In this document: positions 1-15,000 of the stretch, piece by piece | Numbering within the stretch: the stretch's first letter is position 1 | How the letters are laid out: every line of letters starts with the position of its first letter | Assembly (NCBI RefSeq): GCF_964204645.1 | Contig: NC_134027.1 | Span: 20,546,560 to 20,610,559 of the forward strand | Source: Tubulanus polymorphus | Lineage: Eukaryota > Animalia > Nemertea | DNA length: 64,000 nt | Direction of reading: 5' to 3' | Made by a program: the position numbers and the translations under genes | Notes under the pieces: generated by a model | Databases searched by the model: none | Seen by the model: only the letters and a program-made list of their open reading frames with translations | What the model was told of the DNA's origin: nothing

Positions 1-51
1 GTGTTGTATATTCTTTTGACTTCATTAGTATTTTTACATATTTTTTTACAG

Positions 52-3000
52 GTCAATATTGGATTATTGTAAGGTTGTATTGTTCTTCCACATGTTCTGG
101 GTGACGTTGGCGGCCATATTTATAACTGCGCTGCAGAGGATCAATATCTTCTGTTTGGGATACATGGTCGGATGTTTCATTATTCTGTGGTTCGGACAAA
201 ACTTACTCTTGAAACCAAGATCAAAATTGCTTCATGTGTAAGTGTATCACTTGAAACTGTGTTAGAGCAAGGGCAGTAGCTGAATGCATTGAGAGATGTG
301 TCACTGGTCTTGTCAATCCAGGTTCTTCTCTGGTCTATTCCCTGTTAGAGGGAAAAATAATCCTTGAAACTGCTTGAATTGCTATGAGTGGGTTGATAAG
401 TCATTTTTTCCATGAATTTTGTTTTTCAGTTGGAATGTAATCTTAGGGTACAATTACTTTGTCATTTTGGCGCGAGCTTTTCTGCTGGTACGTATATGAT
501 ATTGACTATTCAAACTGTCAATTTATTCATTAGCTGGTGAGAATTTTCTCCAAGAATGTTTAAAGTTGACCAGTGTTGAATATCAGTACAGGGATCAGTT
601 GGGGGAAAAATCGTTTAATGACCTTCTTTGGTCATTTTGTCTACAATCATAAAAATCCTTCCCTCAAATAGTGATGAGAAATCATTGCCATAATCATTGA
701 CACAATCTAGATTATATTTATATGTCTTTGTACCCTCAATCAGATCACAACTAGAATACCGGTAGTACACGTACTGTTTTTAAGTCCCAGCGGGCTATTG
801 CGTTCACTTTTCGTCCGTCCGTCCGTTCGTCTGTAGACGGAATCCAGTTATTTAGTGAAGTTTTGAAGACGCTTCAATGTAATGTCTTGATATTTGCCTT
901 TATCTACCGTAGACACATCTTCAGCCTAAAAACTGGCCCTGTCAGATTCAAGATTGCCAACTGGCAGCCATTGTTGTTTGCCAAAATCAGCACTTTTTAC
1001 ACATATTTCATGTTTTCGAGGGAAATTTTGAAGACGATTTGATCAATTACCTTGATCTTACGTAGGTATTTGTATGCCCCAAGGGCCCATCAGCATAAGA
1101 AAATTTGGGTCGTTCGGACTCAAGATGGCCGTCCTGTGACCTTTTTTGTGCCCAAAAATATCAATTTTGTCCTTAATTTTGAGTCCTGTAGTTTCCTACT
1201 GGTTTGCCATTTTTCATTGAAATTTTTGTTGGCTATTCTATGGAAAGGGATCTTCAATACTTGAGACAGGCATTTTTGATCAGCCTATGATCACGCAATT
1301 TGCGGCCATCTTGGTGTCATCAATACTCATTCGTAGGCGGAAAAAAGTTTTTCCACATAATATTGAAACCTAAACATATTTTGCTATCACAATCAATTGC
1401 AAAGTTGTAGCTCATGACATGGTCTATGATTGTGGTGAGTTTCAAGGTCATTGGTTTTTGCATTTGGCCACCAGGGGGCGTTGAATAATACAATAACTTA
1501 GTATTTCCATATTATTTTCGTACCTATGCATATTTTGTCACCACAATCAATTACAAAGTTGTAGCTCATGACAAGGTTTATGATTGTGGTGAGTTTCAAG
1601 GTCATTAATTTTTCTATATGGTCACCCGGGGGCATTGAATAGTAGAATAACTTCGTATAACCTTATTATTTTGGTACCTAGGCATATATTGTTATCACAA
1701 CCAATTGCAAAATTGTAGCTGCTGACATGTTCTATGAATGTGGTGAGTTTAAAGGTCATTGAGTTTTGCATATGGTCACCAGGGCCGTTGAATAGTAGAA
1801 TAACTAAGTATTTCCATATTGTATTGGTACCGAGGCATATATTGTTATCACAACTAATTGCGAAATTGTAGCTGCTGACATGTTCTCTGCATGTGGTGAG
1901 TTTCAAGGTCATTGGTTTTTTGTGTATGGTCACCAAGGGGCGTTGAATATTCAAATTGTAAGATTGAGCATTTGAAACCACTTTCCAAGTGGGCATGGTG
2001 TCCCTTGACCCCTTGTTTCTTTTGGGACCAGTCTCATCTGCAGTGTCATTTTCGATTCTTCTTGCAGGTGATTGGTTGTTTGTACTATCGTAACTTGCAT
2101 ATAGATTATTGCGTACTGCAGGAGTTGTTTACAATAGTTTGTAACTCTGTGGCAGCGAATGGTAAGAAATTCCCTAGATATACCAATTTTGAATTGGACA
2201 ACCTATTTATCTACAATGCTTAACACGTTCTCAGCTAACTATAGGATACTATGTTTATATCTCCAAACTTCACTTTGATAACTTCACTCTGGTGTCTGGT
2301 GATTGGAATGAATAACACTGTCCTCAATTATGAACTATAGCTGGGTATGAAATAGCCCATTGTCTTTTACATGTACTAACATATAGGCCTACTTACTTGT
2401 AGTATTAACTGGAAGAATGACTGTTGCAGCAGACATGTTAAGATTTACATGTTTATTGCTTCACTGGTTTGCTGTATTCCAAGTCTGAGACCCATGTCAC
2501 ATTTGATTTTAATAATCACGTTACTTCTAGTTGCATAAGTGTATCTAAATATTTTCATAAGCCCAACCAAGTCACATTGGTTAGGGCACTGCTAGGGTGA
2601 ATTTTCAATGTAAAATTTACATTTATGATACACGTTTGTTTTAGTTGCTGGTAATCCTGATGATTTTAAATGCTCCGATCCACCAAGTGGTAGTATAGGA
2701 TGGGATGTCGTCTGTCTGGTGTTTATACTGTTACAAAGACGAGCATACAGTTCGAACTATTTCCGACACGTGGTCATCGGTTTGCGTGTACAAAATAAAC
2801 TGGCTAATCGGTAATATGCGATACGATTCAATTCATGAAAATTCGGGAGCCTAGTTCCAGTTTCAGGCCTCTGCGACCCGTCAGTACGAGAGCTGTTTTA
2901 CGTGTTTTTAGGAAAAGGGGACATTGATATTGGCACTGGTAGCACTTCATGGGGTAAAAATTCAATCTAATGGGTTACATAAGACTTTTTTGTTCTACAA

Positions 3001-6000
3001 AATGATACAGAAAGTGTCATCATCTATATGGTGAAGTTAAGTCAATTTGGTAGCAGACAACGTATTTGTACTGTTTCACAACCATATAGACCATGTCTAT
3101 CTTTATGGTAAAGTTCAATTTAGTAGTGGGTAGCTGAGGGTTTATTTCTATTGATACACAACGATTAACGAGCATCAATCTCATGTAGGTCGACTGATGT
3201 ATAAGTTTGTTAATTTTTTACCACTATAAGGGCTTTAAATAGAACTCGCAAATGTAGAACTGGGTCCTGAGGATGTCGGCATAGGTTGATAGTGGTGTAT
3301 TGATTTTTTTTCCGTAGCGGGGCTCAACTGATCAACGGAAATCTAGTGAAAGATGTCATGGAATACAAACACAAGGAGAAAATTCATCTGCTGAAAATCC
3401 GACGTAAAATGGAACTGATCAAGAAAAAACAGGAGAAACTGAATCTGAAATCTTACGACGATCATTACAAAAGTAAGTAACGTTTGAACACTTGTTTTTC
3501 CAGAGGGCAACTGTCCGGGGCAATCGTCCTGATACCTAATGAATGGTTTTCAATCATTAAGAATTTATTTCATGGCAAGTAAAGATCTGCCAGGTGTGCT
3601 AGTGTATGGTAGACAGAGCTGCCAACTGTTACTGATTTTCAGTATTTCTTACTCTTTGTGGTCGGTTCACGTAGTGTTCAAATGACGTCATGTTGTCTCC
3701 TAGGTCAGTCTAATTCTTACTTCTTACCATTCAGTTTTCTCTGTAACAACATAATGTCTACACTTTTCACAGTATACAACTTATCTGTACGATTGAATGT
3801 TAGATCAAGTTTATTGTGCTGTCCAATATTTCCGTCATTTGATGTAGAGAATTGACAGAATTCCTTGAACGATTATGGCTAGACTATGGCACATATTGAC
3901 GGCATGGCACTGCTATGGAAAACCCACACTCTGATTGGATGTTTTGGGAATTGCCAGCACTTTTGACGTAATTATGGGAAACCACGCTATGATTTGTTGT
4001 TACTAGTCACAGTGCTGAAGTGATCAGTTCGACAAGTTTAGTCGCTTATATACGGTAATCGCTTTCGAGAAGGCAGTTTTCTTTAATTCTGACATGGATT
4101 TCATGCAACTTTGCTGATTAGTTTGTCTGATGTGCGAGGCTAACACGCGCGCGTGCCACTGATGTATGAGAGTGCTGTTCATACTATCATCACTGAATGC
4201 TGACTGCGTACATACATAGCAGACACGAGGTGCTATTGCGTTATCTTGCCACTGTTAGTTGATGAAATAAACAATATAATGTATAAATAACATCTTCGGG
4301 AAGTGATGTTTTGATTTTTAGGCCAGCCATACACTGAGCCTATTTCTATGCAAATGGAGCAAACCGTTCGTTTGTCCGTAGACAGAATCCAGTTATTTTG
4401 GGAAGTTTTGAAGACGCTTCAATGTAATGTCTTGATATTTGGGTTACACATGTATCTACCCTAGACACATCTCCAGCCAAAAAACTGGCCCAGAATCAAG
4501 ATGGCTGACTGGCAGCCATTGTTGTTTGCCAAAATCAGCACTTTTTACACGTTATTGAACTATTTGAGGGAAATTTTGAAGACGCCTTGATCAATTACCT
4601 TGATCTTTCGTATATATATTTGAATCCCCCCCCCAGGGCCAATCAGCATAACAAAAATTGGGTCGATCGGACCCAAGATGGCTGTCCTATGACCTTTTTA
4701 GAGCCCAAAAATGTCAATTTGGGCCGAATTCTGAGTCCTGTAGCTTCTTACCGGTTTGTAATTTCTCATTGCAATTGCTGATGGGTATTCTTTGGAAAGG
4801 CATTTTTTATACCTGAGACAGGTATTTTGATCAGCCAATTATGATGCAATTGGCGGCCATCTTGGTGTCATCAGTACTCATGATTGATTTTAAGATTCAA
4901 AATTGTATTTCAAGACCGATTCCTGTGATACACCATTAGTCAATTTGGTTTTTCAGAGGAAGTTTGCACTTCTGAATCCTTGAAAAAGGTTCGGGAAAAA
5001 TAGCTTTTTCTCAAATCGGATAGATGACCTTGATATGCAAATTAGCCATGTGCACGAATTGCAAATTCAATAAAATTTTATTTCGCAAAAATGTCAATTC
5101 CAAATCAATTTTACTTCATAGAGCAAAAAATTCAAATTCATCAAATTCCATTTTATTATATTCTACGTTTAAATGTATTCATTAGACGATCGGTAAAGAT
5201 TGATCTGAGGTATTCATTCGTGCCAGCCCCAGTGTCTCTGTTAGTACTGTTACTTATAAACACAGCCAGTCTAATGAAAAACGATCTTTGGCATTCAAAC
5301 CTACTGGGGCTGGAGAACCGAAAACATGTTTGATGTTTTCTAGTTTATAATGAGAAATGCTGATAAGATTTGTTTGATGCATATGGAAAATATGAAAGAT
5401 GTTACCGATGGTCTTACCGGTACTGTTGATTACTGATTAATTTGAACATTTTCTTTCATATTTCAATGAAACGTTACTGAAAAAAATACATTTTGTTACT
5501 GTCAGAGGTTGGCAGCCCTGAGTAGGGCATTAACTACATGTAGCAACAGAGGATTACACTCGTAGCATGAAGGGATCAATAGCTGTGCTAATGTGGTGAA
5601 GGGCTTTAGAAAATGGAGAATTGCAAGTGATGATCTAAGTGTGCTAGTGTGCAGTAGGACATTAACTACTGTTTGAATCAAGGTTTATACTGTCAGGTTC
5701 ACTTGCTATTTGTAGATCATTCGCCCTTCTACCATTCAATTAAAATTCTTTTTAAAATTTCTCTGAAGTTAATCAATTATCGATGAAAACCCAACCAAAC
5801 CTTGATTACTATTTATTACTAGTTTATCAGGCGTTGATGTTGCTGACAGGTTATTAATTTCATAAATTTCAGCCATTCGTCTGGGAGATTATTACATGTT
5901 TGAAGATGTTGATGAAGTTGATGAAGATGAATTTTGGGATGAACAAGGAGAGGGTGACTCCCCTGCTGCTGGTCCATTGCAGGTGAGGCTTTATGGGTTT

Positions 6001-9000
6001 TATCCCAATCCAGGGAAATCAGTTTTTAACGGTCATCAATCAACTATGAAGAAATTATTTTCCCTCGCAGGGTATTGAACATTATGAGACACTGCTACTT
6101 TCCTCCCTTGCATGAATCTGAACCTGATAGCGTCATTCCCTCACACTGATTTGAACCTGATGGCATCATGAGACTGCCATATTCCTCCCTCGCAGGGATT
6201 TTAACCTGGTGGTATTATGAGACCTTGCCACATTCCTTCCTCACGGATTTGAACGTGGTGGCCTTGGGGAAACTTTGCAACTTTTTTGCACGTTTCTTAT
6301 AGTGATTATTGTTTTGATATTTAGGTGTTGAATGCTGCCTTAGAAGGTGGAACCAGCGCTGCTTTAGGTCTGAAGAAAAAATCTACAGTAGACTGGGTAA
6401 GTTTTTTATCGGCTCTAACATAAAAAAGCTGCATACGACTGTTATTCTCATGATAAAATGTTCATCGATAAAAAAGTTAAAAAGTATTGAGCAGGTATTT
6501 TGAACTGTAGGGGCAGGTTTCTTAAGTCTATAACTTTGATTTCCAAGATCAGTCCTAACTCATTTTGTTGGCCAGGGCCTTCCGTGTAGTTTGGGGCTCA
6601 TAACTCTCGAGATTTGAAGGTTGGTTACAAAGAATTACTAATAATTTGAGACTTTTTTCTTGAAGTGGACTCGAGACACAGAAATACAAAGACGTAAAAT
6701 ATGAGATTTATTGGTTGATAGCGTGTTGTTTTATAATGTCCCTCATAAGCCATTGCAGTGCGAGGACAGATCCAGGGTGATACTGGATAGCATTGGTTCC
6801 CATCAGAAAATATATTCATCAGATTACTTGATTTCATTAAATTTTTTCTTTTTTAGCCCGGCGAGAGACGTCGTACAATAAGTAGCGCCAGTGACAGTGG
6901 AGTAACACCTGAAAGTCCGAGCGTGCCTCCCGTAGAACCTACAATTCCAGATGAGGATGAGACAAAAAGTTCGGATGACACTGAAGGAAAAAAGACCGAT
7001 CGAGCGGATAGCAAAACCGATGAGGATAAAATCATCAAGGATGGTGCTGATGAAGATACCGAGGAGGATGTCGAAGATGAAGATGATGAAGGTATGTATC
7101 AATTGATGAAATGCGTTGAAGTTCACGTCTGTATGTACACAGGCATTGAGTGACATGAAAACTCAAATAATGACTATATTAGAGTTACACTTTTGTGGTC
7201 TAAGAAATACATTTAGCCCACTTACCAGCGGGCTATTGCATTCACTATGTGTCCGTCATTTGTCCATCCGTAGAATCCAGTTATTTGGGTATTTTGAAGA
7301 TGTTTCAATGGATTGTCTTGATCTTTGGTTTATACATCTATCTACTGTAGATACATCTTCTCCCCCTCCCAAAAACATGGCGGAACATAATCAAGATGGT
7401 TATTGTTGTTTGCCAAAATCAGCACTTTTTACCCATTGTAAAGTTTTCACGGGAAATTTCGAAAATGCTTTGATCAATATCTTGATCTTTCACATATGTT
7501 TGTATCCACCATGGTGCATCAGCATGACAAAAAGGTTTTTGTGCCCAAAAAGGTCATTTATGCCCTGAATTTCATGAATGGTAGCTGCTGAATGGGTTGT
7601 CATTTTGCATTGAAATTTGTAATGGTTATGCTTCGAGAAAGACTCTTAAACATATCAGACAAATTCTTTGATCAGTCAAACATGACGCAATTGGCAGCCA
7701 TCTTAGTGTCATCACTTCTCATTTGTAGGTAGAAAAAGGTTTTTTGAGGAAAATATCGACAGGTTTTGACTTGTAGTCTTGATATTTGATAAATGTTACC
7801 ACTGTCATAGGATTCATCCCTACATGTGGAATTGGTTTACCCAGTTCTTTGTTCTCGCCACCAGGGGGAGTTGAATATTGAATTATATACAAGTTGGCTA
7901 TCTAAATGGGTACCTATGGATATTTTGTAACCACAATCAATTGCAATGTTCGTTTTTGTATATGGTGACCAGGGGCATTGAATAGCCAACTAACTTAGTA
8001 TTTTCATATTCTGTTGGTACCTATGCATATTTTGCTGCCACAAAAAATTGCAAAATTGTAGCTCGTGACATGTTCTTCGATTTTGAACGATTTCCAGGTC
8101 ATCAGTTTTTGTAAATGGTCACCAGGGGTGTTAAATAGCCAAATAACTTAGTATTTTCATTGATATGTACCCAAGCATAGTTTGTAACCACAATAAATTG
8201 CAAAATTGTACCATGTTCTATCATTGTGGTGAGCTTCAAGGTCATTGGATTTTGTTTATGGTCACCAGAGGGCATTGAATAGCTGAATGAGCATCTTCAT
8301 ACTATTTGGTACCTAGGCATATATTGTAACCACAATCAATTGCACAATTACAGTTATTATTAATGTAACCATTATGTACTTTATGTAACTTATAAAGCTA
8401 TAAAACTATTTCATAATTAACTGTCATCTATTCAGGAATAAAGATAACAATAATGATTATAATAGAAATTGCAAAAAAGCTGGAGACATGTTCTGTGAGT
8501 GTAGTGAGTTTTAAGGTCTGTTTGTAGAGCATTTCAAACCGCTTCCCAAGTGGGTGTGATGTACTAGTTTGACCCCTAGTTTGAGGTAATGTCAAAGTTC
8601 CAGTAATACCAGTTTGATTATGTCAGGCATATCATTAGCAAACGAGTACCTGTTCAGTGGACAAGCAGGTTTTGGTTGAAAATATTTGAATGATAACACC
8701 AAATGTTGGCACATTTACTGAATTTTACATTGAGTCGCTCCACAAATTGTCTTAGAGTGTTCATTCAACCCATCCCACTGTAGAATGTTTTTACAGCGGA
8801 GAAAATTCAAAACAGTCTGGTGTGGTCAGGTCTTGCTAAAATGCGAAAGTGGCTCAACAATGGCATAGCTCTCACCGCTCATCTGACGCTATTGACTATG
8901 GATTCATAATCTTCATTCTTTCACTTGGATCTTTATTTTAGGTTGTTGGAGTAAAACAAAGTCGGGAATCTTGTTCGTCTGGAAATTGTTTGTTAGTCTC

Positions 9001-12000
9001 CTTGAATCATTGATTGCGATGTTGAATGAGGTTTCCTTTCACTATCGCCAGGTGGCAGTGCAACTAGAGATTGAGTACCAGCAGGAAAAAGAAAACATGC
9101 GAGTAAGTGATTGGTCAATACCCTACTTTATGTGCCTAATTCCCTTGAATGCTGTCTATTAAAATTGTATGTATTTGTTCAGAACCCATATTCTTATCAC
9201 CTGAACAAAGTCGCTGGGGATAGGGTTTGACTACGGTGTCCGCGTGGAATTTGCCCTACTGCGATAACTCAATATGTCTATGGTGACATAGAGATGAACC
9301 CTAGGTAATTTGAAAGCAATCGCTTTCAAGCTGGCTGACCGGCAACCATCTTTGACATAAATGATGTACATTTTGACTATGTGAATGTGTTTTGTGTAGA
9401 TCATTGATATTTCACACAAGAATGTTAGACGATATTATGTATCTGAAGATCAATCAAGGTTGTAATGCCATCCAATATAACTGACTGGCAGCCATCTTTG
9501 ATTCAACAAACAGATATGTTTGCCTATAAATGTAAATTTATTTCATATGAATCAATTAATTTTTGGGGAGTAACTGATGTGATACCAAATAGCTGCATAG
9601 CAATTTTCAAAAAGCAATGTTGACGCCAGACCTGGATTTGGGAGGTTATTTTTGGGCGTGTCTGTGGGATATACATGTATTAGCAAGGCGAATGCAAAAC
9701 TTTAGTTTAGAGTTGAATATACCTCTTCAGGGTTTCATTTAGAAATGTATTTACCCTGATCATATTTCAAGATATGTACATACACATTTCAATGTACGAG
9801 GTTTATATAGTATTCAAGGCGTACCGCTTATGCATTTTAGAATATGATATTTCCTCAGATCCTTCAAATACTCTATAATGCAATTCACTTCAAAACTGCA
9901 TTTCAAAACATATTGCCCACTCCTCGCAAAACCTTATTTCAAATTACATGTTTTTCCAGACCCCTGAAATAGTGCATTTCATACTGATATAAGAAATATA
10001 TGATTATGTGATTATGACTACCCTATGCGTTATTTTGCAGGAAAGATTGAGGAATGGTGAAGCAGAACCGGATGAATATGTACCTCCCGATCTAACTGAC
10101 AGCAGTGACCAGGATCAGTAAGTTTACTACAAATTTATTAATTAAGTAATCATTAACTGGTACCATAAAAACCGGCGTATAAGTCTACGCAGCGTACAAG
10201 TCGAGGTCCATTTTGAGACCTACATTTCATGATTTTAACATATATCCGGCTTATAAGTCGAGTCCCTTCTCTTAAGAATAAAATACTAGTATCATTGTAT
10301 TGAATAGTTTGTTTTGATAACGATGTGCGCCTTCATGCATGCTGCCGCGCGTCAGCCTGATTGCTGCAGTGTGTTAATCAATAGACTGTTACACACACAC
10401 TCTTGGGTATAATACACTACCATGCAGTGATACAGTAGTGTGAGTCACGCGCTATATATAGCCTAATGTATTAAGTGCTGCTATGAGCGCGCATAAATGA
10501 ATACATCGTTTTAAATGAAGCTGTGTCAAAATGAAAGAAGTTTTTTTCATTAAATAACTTTATTTATCATGAATAATTATTCAAACTGTTAAAGCAGTGA
10601 GAAGATGAACGCTGTCCTTTTTGTCTAGTAGAATCAATTTTTCTTGTGACCTGAAAATACTTAATAGAAAACTGTACTCGGCGTATAAGTCGAGGTCAAT
10701 AATTTAGTGGTAAAATCAAGGGTTAAAAACTCGATACGCCGGTTTTTACGGTATTACTAATTTGTGTGTTAATAAGATCTCTTCATTTCAGTGTTTCTAG
10801 CAATAATTACTTGTTAACCGATATGTCCTTTACTATATTCTTTTAACAGGACTGATGGAACAGTAAGCAGGTCCCCAGCTCATGACATCGGGTAAGGTTG
10901 ACAAAGATTTGGGATCCGTTCAGCCATGTTTCAAGTCATACTAAATGTGTTAGAAAGTTGTGACTTGGTCACAATTTGTATCAATGCAAAGAGTCTTCAT
11001 ACCAAATTTGTAGATGATAGATCAGTGGCCAGCTGCTTAGTCCAGGCTTAGATTTGAGTCTTGGCTTATGTTTGTTCTGTAGCCAATTTAACAACTTAAT
11101 GCCTATCTTATTATCAAAATCACATTTAGACTTGATACACAAGGCCCTAAAAATGTTCTTCGAGCGTCTTCCGATATACATTTCATCCAAACTGTGGAGC
11201 TATGCCTTTCTTTAGTGGCTGGCACTGGAAGAACTTGGCATTGGCTACTGTTCCCTTATTTCTGATCGTTTTTGCAGTTTGGACATGGATGATATACACG
11301 TCGAAAGCGACGAAGAAGACGCGGCTAATTCGAATTTGATATTCCGCCTGGTGAAAGCGTTTTACAACGCGGCAATTTCACGTTCAGAATTAGTTTGTTA
11401 TTTCATCATCGTATTGAATCAGATGTCGGCGGCGAGTTTGCTATCGATACCACTGCCGCTGTCGGTGTTTTTATGGGCGATGCTGTCTGTACCGAGACCG
11501 TCTAAACGCTTCTGGACAACGATCATCACGTATTTGATGGTAGGTTTCACATGGTAAAAATGGATTATTTGCTACCCACTAGATTAAGCTTTACCCTATT
11601 GGTATCTGTTTTATCCTAGAAATCCTGAAAAATGTAAACAGTCTGTGGATGTAGTCTGTTTCACTTGTGCAGGTATCAATCTGCCTCCTAGAACCACCCT
11701 TTCACACATTAAAGATGTTGTGTGGTGTTGTGTAGCAAACATTTTGAATAATGGTATAACTTGGTACAATGCATTTGTATTGGTACCTATGCATATCTTG
11801 TAACCAGAATCAATTGAAAATTTCTAGCTCATCATGACACCATCTATAATTTTGGTGAGTTTCGAGGTTGTTGATTTGTTCACTAGGGTACTAGGATTTA
11901 CCTGGTCCCCTATTTAAAAGCGTGGTGAAAAAATATCTACTTATTGTAGTTCATTAATTCATTCGTCTGGGGGAGTTCCATGCTGCATATTGATACCTAC

Positions 12001-15000
12001 TTTTTAGTAGTCTTGACTTCAGGAGTCAGTTTGACTTTATTGATGACTGAATATTGACACTGATAGTTAAATGAAACACTCTAATCCATATTAACTGTAG
12101 AACAAAAGTCGCACACATTCTCCCTTTAGATGGCTGTAAGTGAATAGCCGAAACATTATGTTCTCAGTTCAATAATTTTAGAAAATTATTTCACATAGAT
12201 ATCCATTAATGGGACTTTTTGTTGTTCAATCACATTTGAGGATTCTTGAATTTTTCAATACAGGCTTTGATCGTTATAAAGTATCTCTTCCAATTCAACT
12301 TCATCAAGTGGGAGACGGAAACGAAAGCAGGAGACAAACCGACTTATATCGCTCTGATTGGAATCGAACAAAGAGATGATTTTGCCACTTACGATTTGGT
12401 GACTTTACTGTTTATATTCATCCACAGATCAATATTGAAGGTAAATATCGTTTTTTATTGGGATGGAAGGGTTTGGGGTAATTGAATAAGCGATCACAAG
12501 CTTAAGAGCTCTGAGATCTGCGATTCCACTGGAAGTAAGCGAGGATCCACCGAGCTGCAACTTTTTTTCCCCAGAGAATTCTCAGATTTAAAAGAAAGGT
12601 GGCACCTGTGATGGTCAGTGTATTCATTAATATCGGGGTGTCAGGTCCCGGACCCGTCTGTCAGTCCTTTTAGACTTGGCTGATTTTTTCAACCCGACAT
12701 TGTACCCGAATGGATTCTGTCGGCTATTAGCATGACTGTGTATTTTCTGGTCAGAATTATTTGTGAATATATGCACACGCGTCACTCACAACTACTGCCG
12801 CATGGTTTGACTCTACTCACTATTGCTAGCAATGAGAAAAACACGCCTCGACGTGCGTGGCCTAGTTAAAGTTTGTAAGAAATTGACAATGTTCCAATCA
12901 GCTGTCAGCGAAGCTGGAAGTGCCACACATGTTGGCTGTTGCTACAGGATTCCGTTCGTAACAGACCTTGCAATCATTGAATTATTAAAAGGGAAATTCA
13001 AGGCCTTTAATTCAGCAATGGTCTTCAAAATCGATTTAGGGTCTTCAATTTAAAAAATTTTGCAAATCTATAGATTGATGATTGTTTTTGTGATAATAGA
13101 AATCTTGGCAACAGTGTGACGATGTTTAATGCGAGATCTTTAATTGTATTGATTTATTCTCACACAGAGGTATGGTTTATGGAAAGATGTATCCGATGCT
13201 CAAGCTGAAATGGAAGCCGTGCAAGATGCTCACAAAAATGCGGTTTGTACTTCCTCTGTCAAGGATTGTGCACTATTCTGGTGTATTCCAAAAATTCTGT
13301 GATAAGATTCTTTTATGATGGTTAACCTTTTGAGGCAAGACCACCTCCACAATACATACCCCACGCCCTGAGCTGCCAGCTTAAAACCGGCTTATTTTAA
13401 ACACTTGAACCCTTAGCGTACTACTATGCAATTTATTCCAGTTTTATTGATACTAGACTATAAAAATTTTCCCGGAATCTAAGATTACCCTAGAATCAAG
13501 TTTACGTACCTCGCAACTGTTCTTAAGTTAAATCCTAGTCAATAAAAACTTGCCTCCTAATTTTAGAATGATTTCTTGAATAAGCTTATATTTAAATTGT
13601 TTAGAAGGCCAGTTTGGACGAGCTGGATTCATCCAAACAACAGATTGAACCGGTAACTACGGAAACATCCCTTGCAACGGTGCAATCCGAATCCGAGCTG
13701 GCCATAACTAGTGAAGAAGATGGAGATAAAGCTGTTGATTCTGATGAGACAGATGAACAACAGGAGGGAACGTTAAAGAGGTTAGAACTTTATGAACTAT
13801 TCCATTGCATTTAAAGCAGTTATCGATCTGTAACCTGGAACCACTTCTTCAAACATTGACCATCTAGTTTTATAGCCCCACATAAAAATTTATAGACATC
13901 GCACCTCATGATAAACTCCGATTGGTCTTAAGTATGGCATCATTTTCATTCATCGCTCATGAAATTTGAGAAATTATGGATAAATTTTGAACGGAATCTG
14001 AGAAGAAAACAATCATTGTCCGAATGCCCTGTAGCAAAAATGGAGGAACCTTGCTTGTCACATGTGGAAAACAATTGCGACGATCAAAATTAGAGTCCTC
14101 TATGACTGGAATCAAGTTCAACTATAATGCATCAGAAAATTTGTATTATAGGTGTTGCTGGGAACCAGTACGTTCATTAGGTAAATTCTATAAGCGCCTA
14201 ACAGCCGGTAAATTTTGCCGCCGAGTCGATGTGTACACGGCTATGTTCCTGTGTGACATCATAACTTTCCTGATCGTTACCCTGGGTTATGGCTGGTTCG
14301 GACCGGCAGTAAGTTTTTTCGATAATTATGAGGCATATTTCGATCTAGAATTTGCGAATTCTGTTAATTTTTTTTTTGATTTGTCATTTTTCGTTTCAAT
14401 TTATTTTTAGTCTCAAGGTGAACAAGGAGATGTTTCAAGCTACCTTTCAGAAAATAGGGTAAGAAAATAGATAATAAGAGAAGCATAACTTTAGAAGTTC
14501 AGTTTTGGTCGAAATGATCGGATCTGGTTCAAAGGGGATTGGTTTATTGTACCTTCGCTGTGTAGGGGTGGTTCTAGTAATGGCTAGGGGTGCGTGTGAG
14601 TAGAATACTGATCATAAAAGAATTCTTTAGGCAGTAAGTTGTGTTAAATAATGGGGCTGATGGTTAAGTTAAAGCTTTTACAAGGCTATAGGGCCTATAA
14701 CACTGGGACCTGGGTCGAGTTCCACAGTCGTGAATTAACCCATTAGCACTCAAGAATTTCACTATGTATTGTCAAACACTCCCAGAAATTTCAAGGGAAA
14801 ATCCAAGTTTATCACTAAACCGAATTGCTCATTTGCTGTATATTTCCATGCATTACAGGTAAGTGTTAGTTTGTTGTAAATTGTCAAGACTTTCATATGA
14901 TATAAGATTTGATGAGGTGTGCCTCCATAATCATGTCCTTTTGGTCCCCAAAATTCACACAAACTTACTTGGATTTGAAGTGAGCGCTCAGATCTGTCAT

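Noticed and set aside
1375-1950. Regular repeats suggestive of a CRISPR array
   Set aside because: Whole 154-bp units are repeated with no unique spacers, the context is eukaryotic, and there are no cas genes.
1052-1996. Recurrent short ORFs (RTQDGRPMTF..., also at 4587, 34377 and 35091)
   Set aside because: Incidental translations of the non-coding HINE-like repeat; the frames are not conserved between copies.
3704-3742. Possible cassette exon in the Piezo beam-latch intron
   Set aside because: Weak donor, lies inside a TIR element, and the peptide is not Piezo-like.
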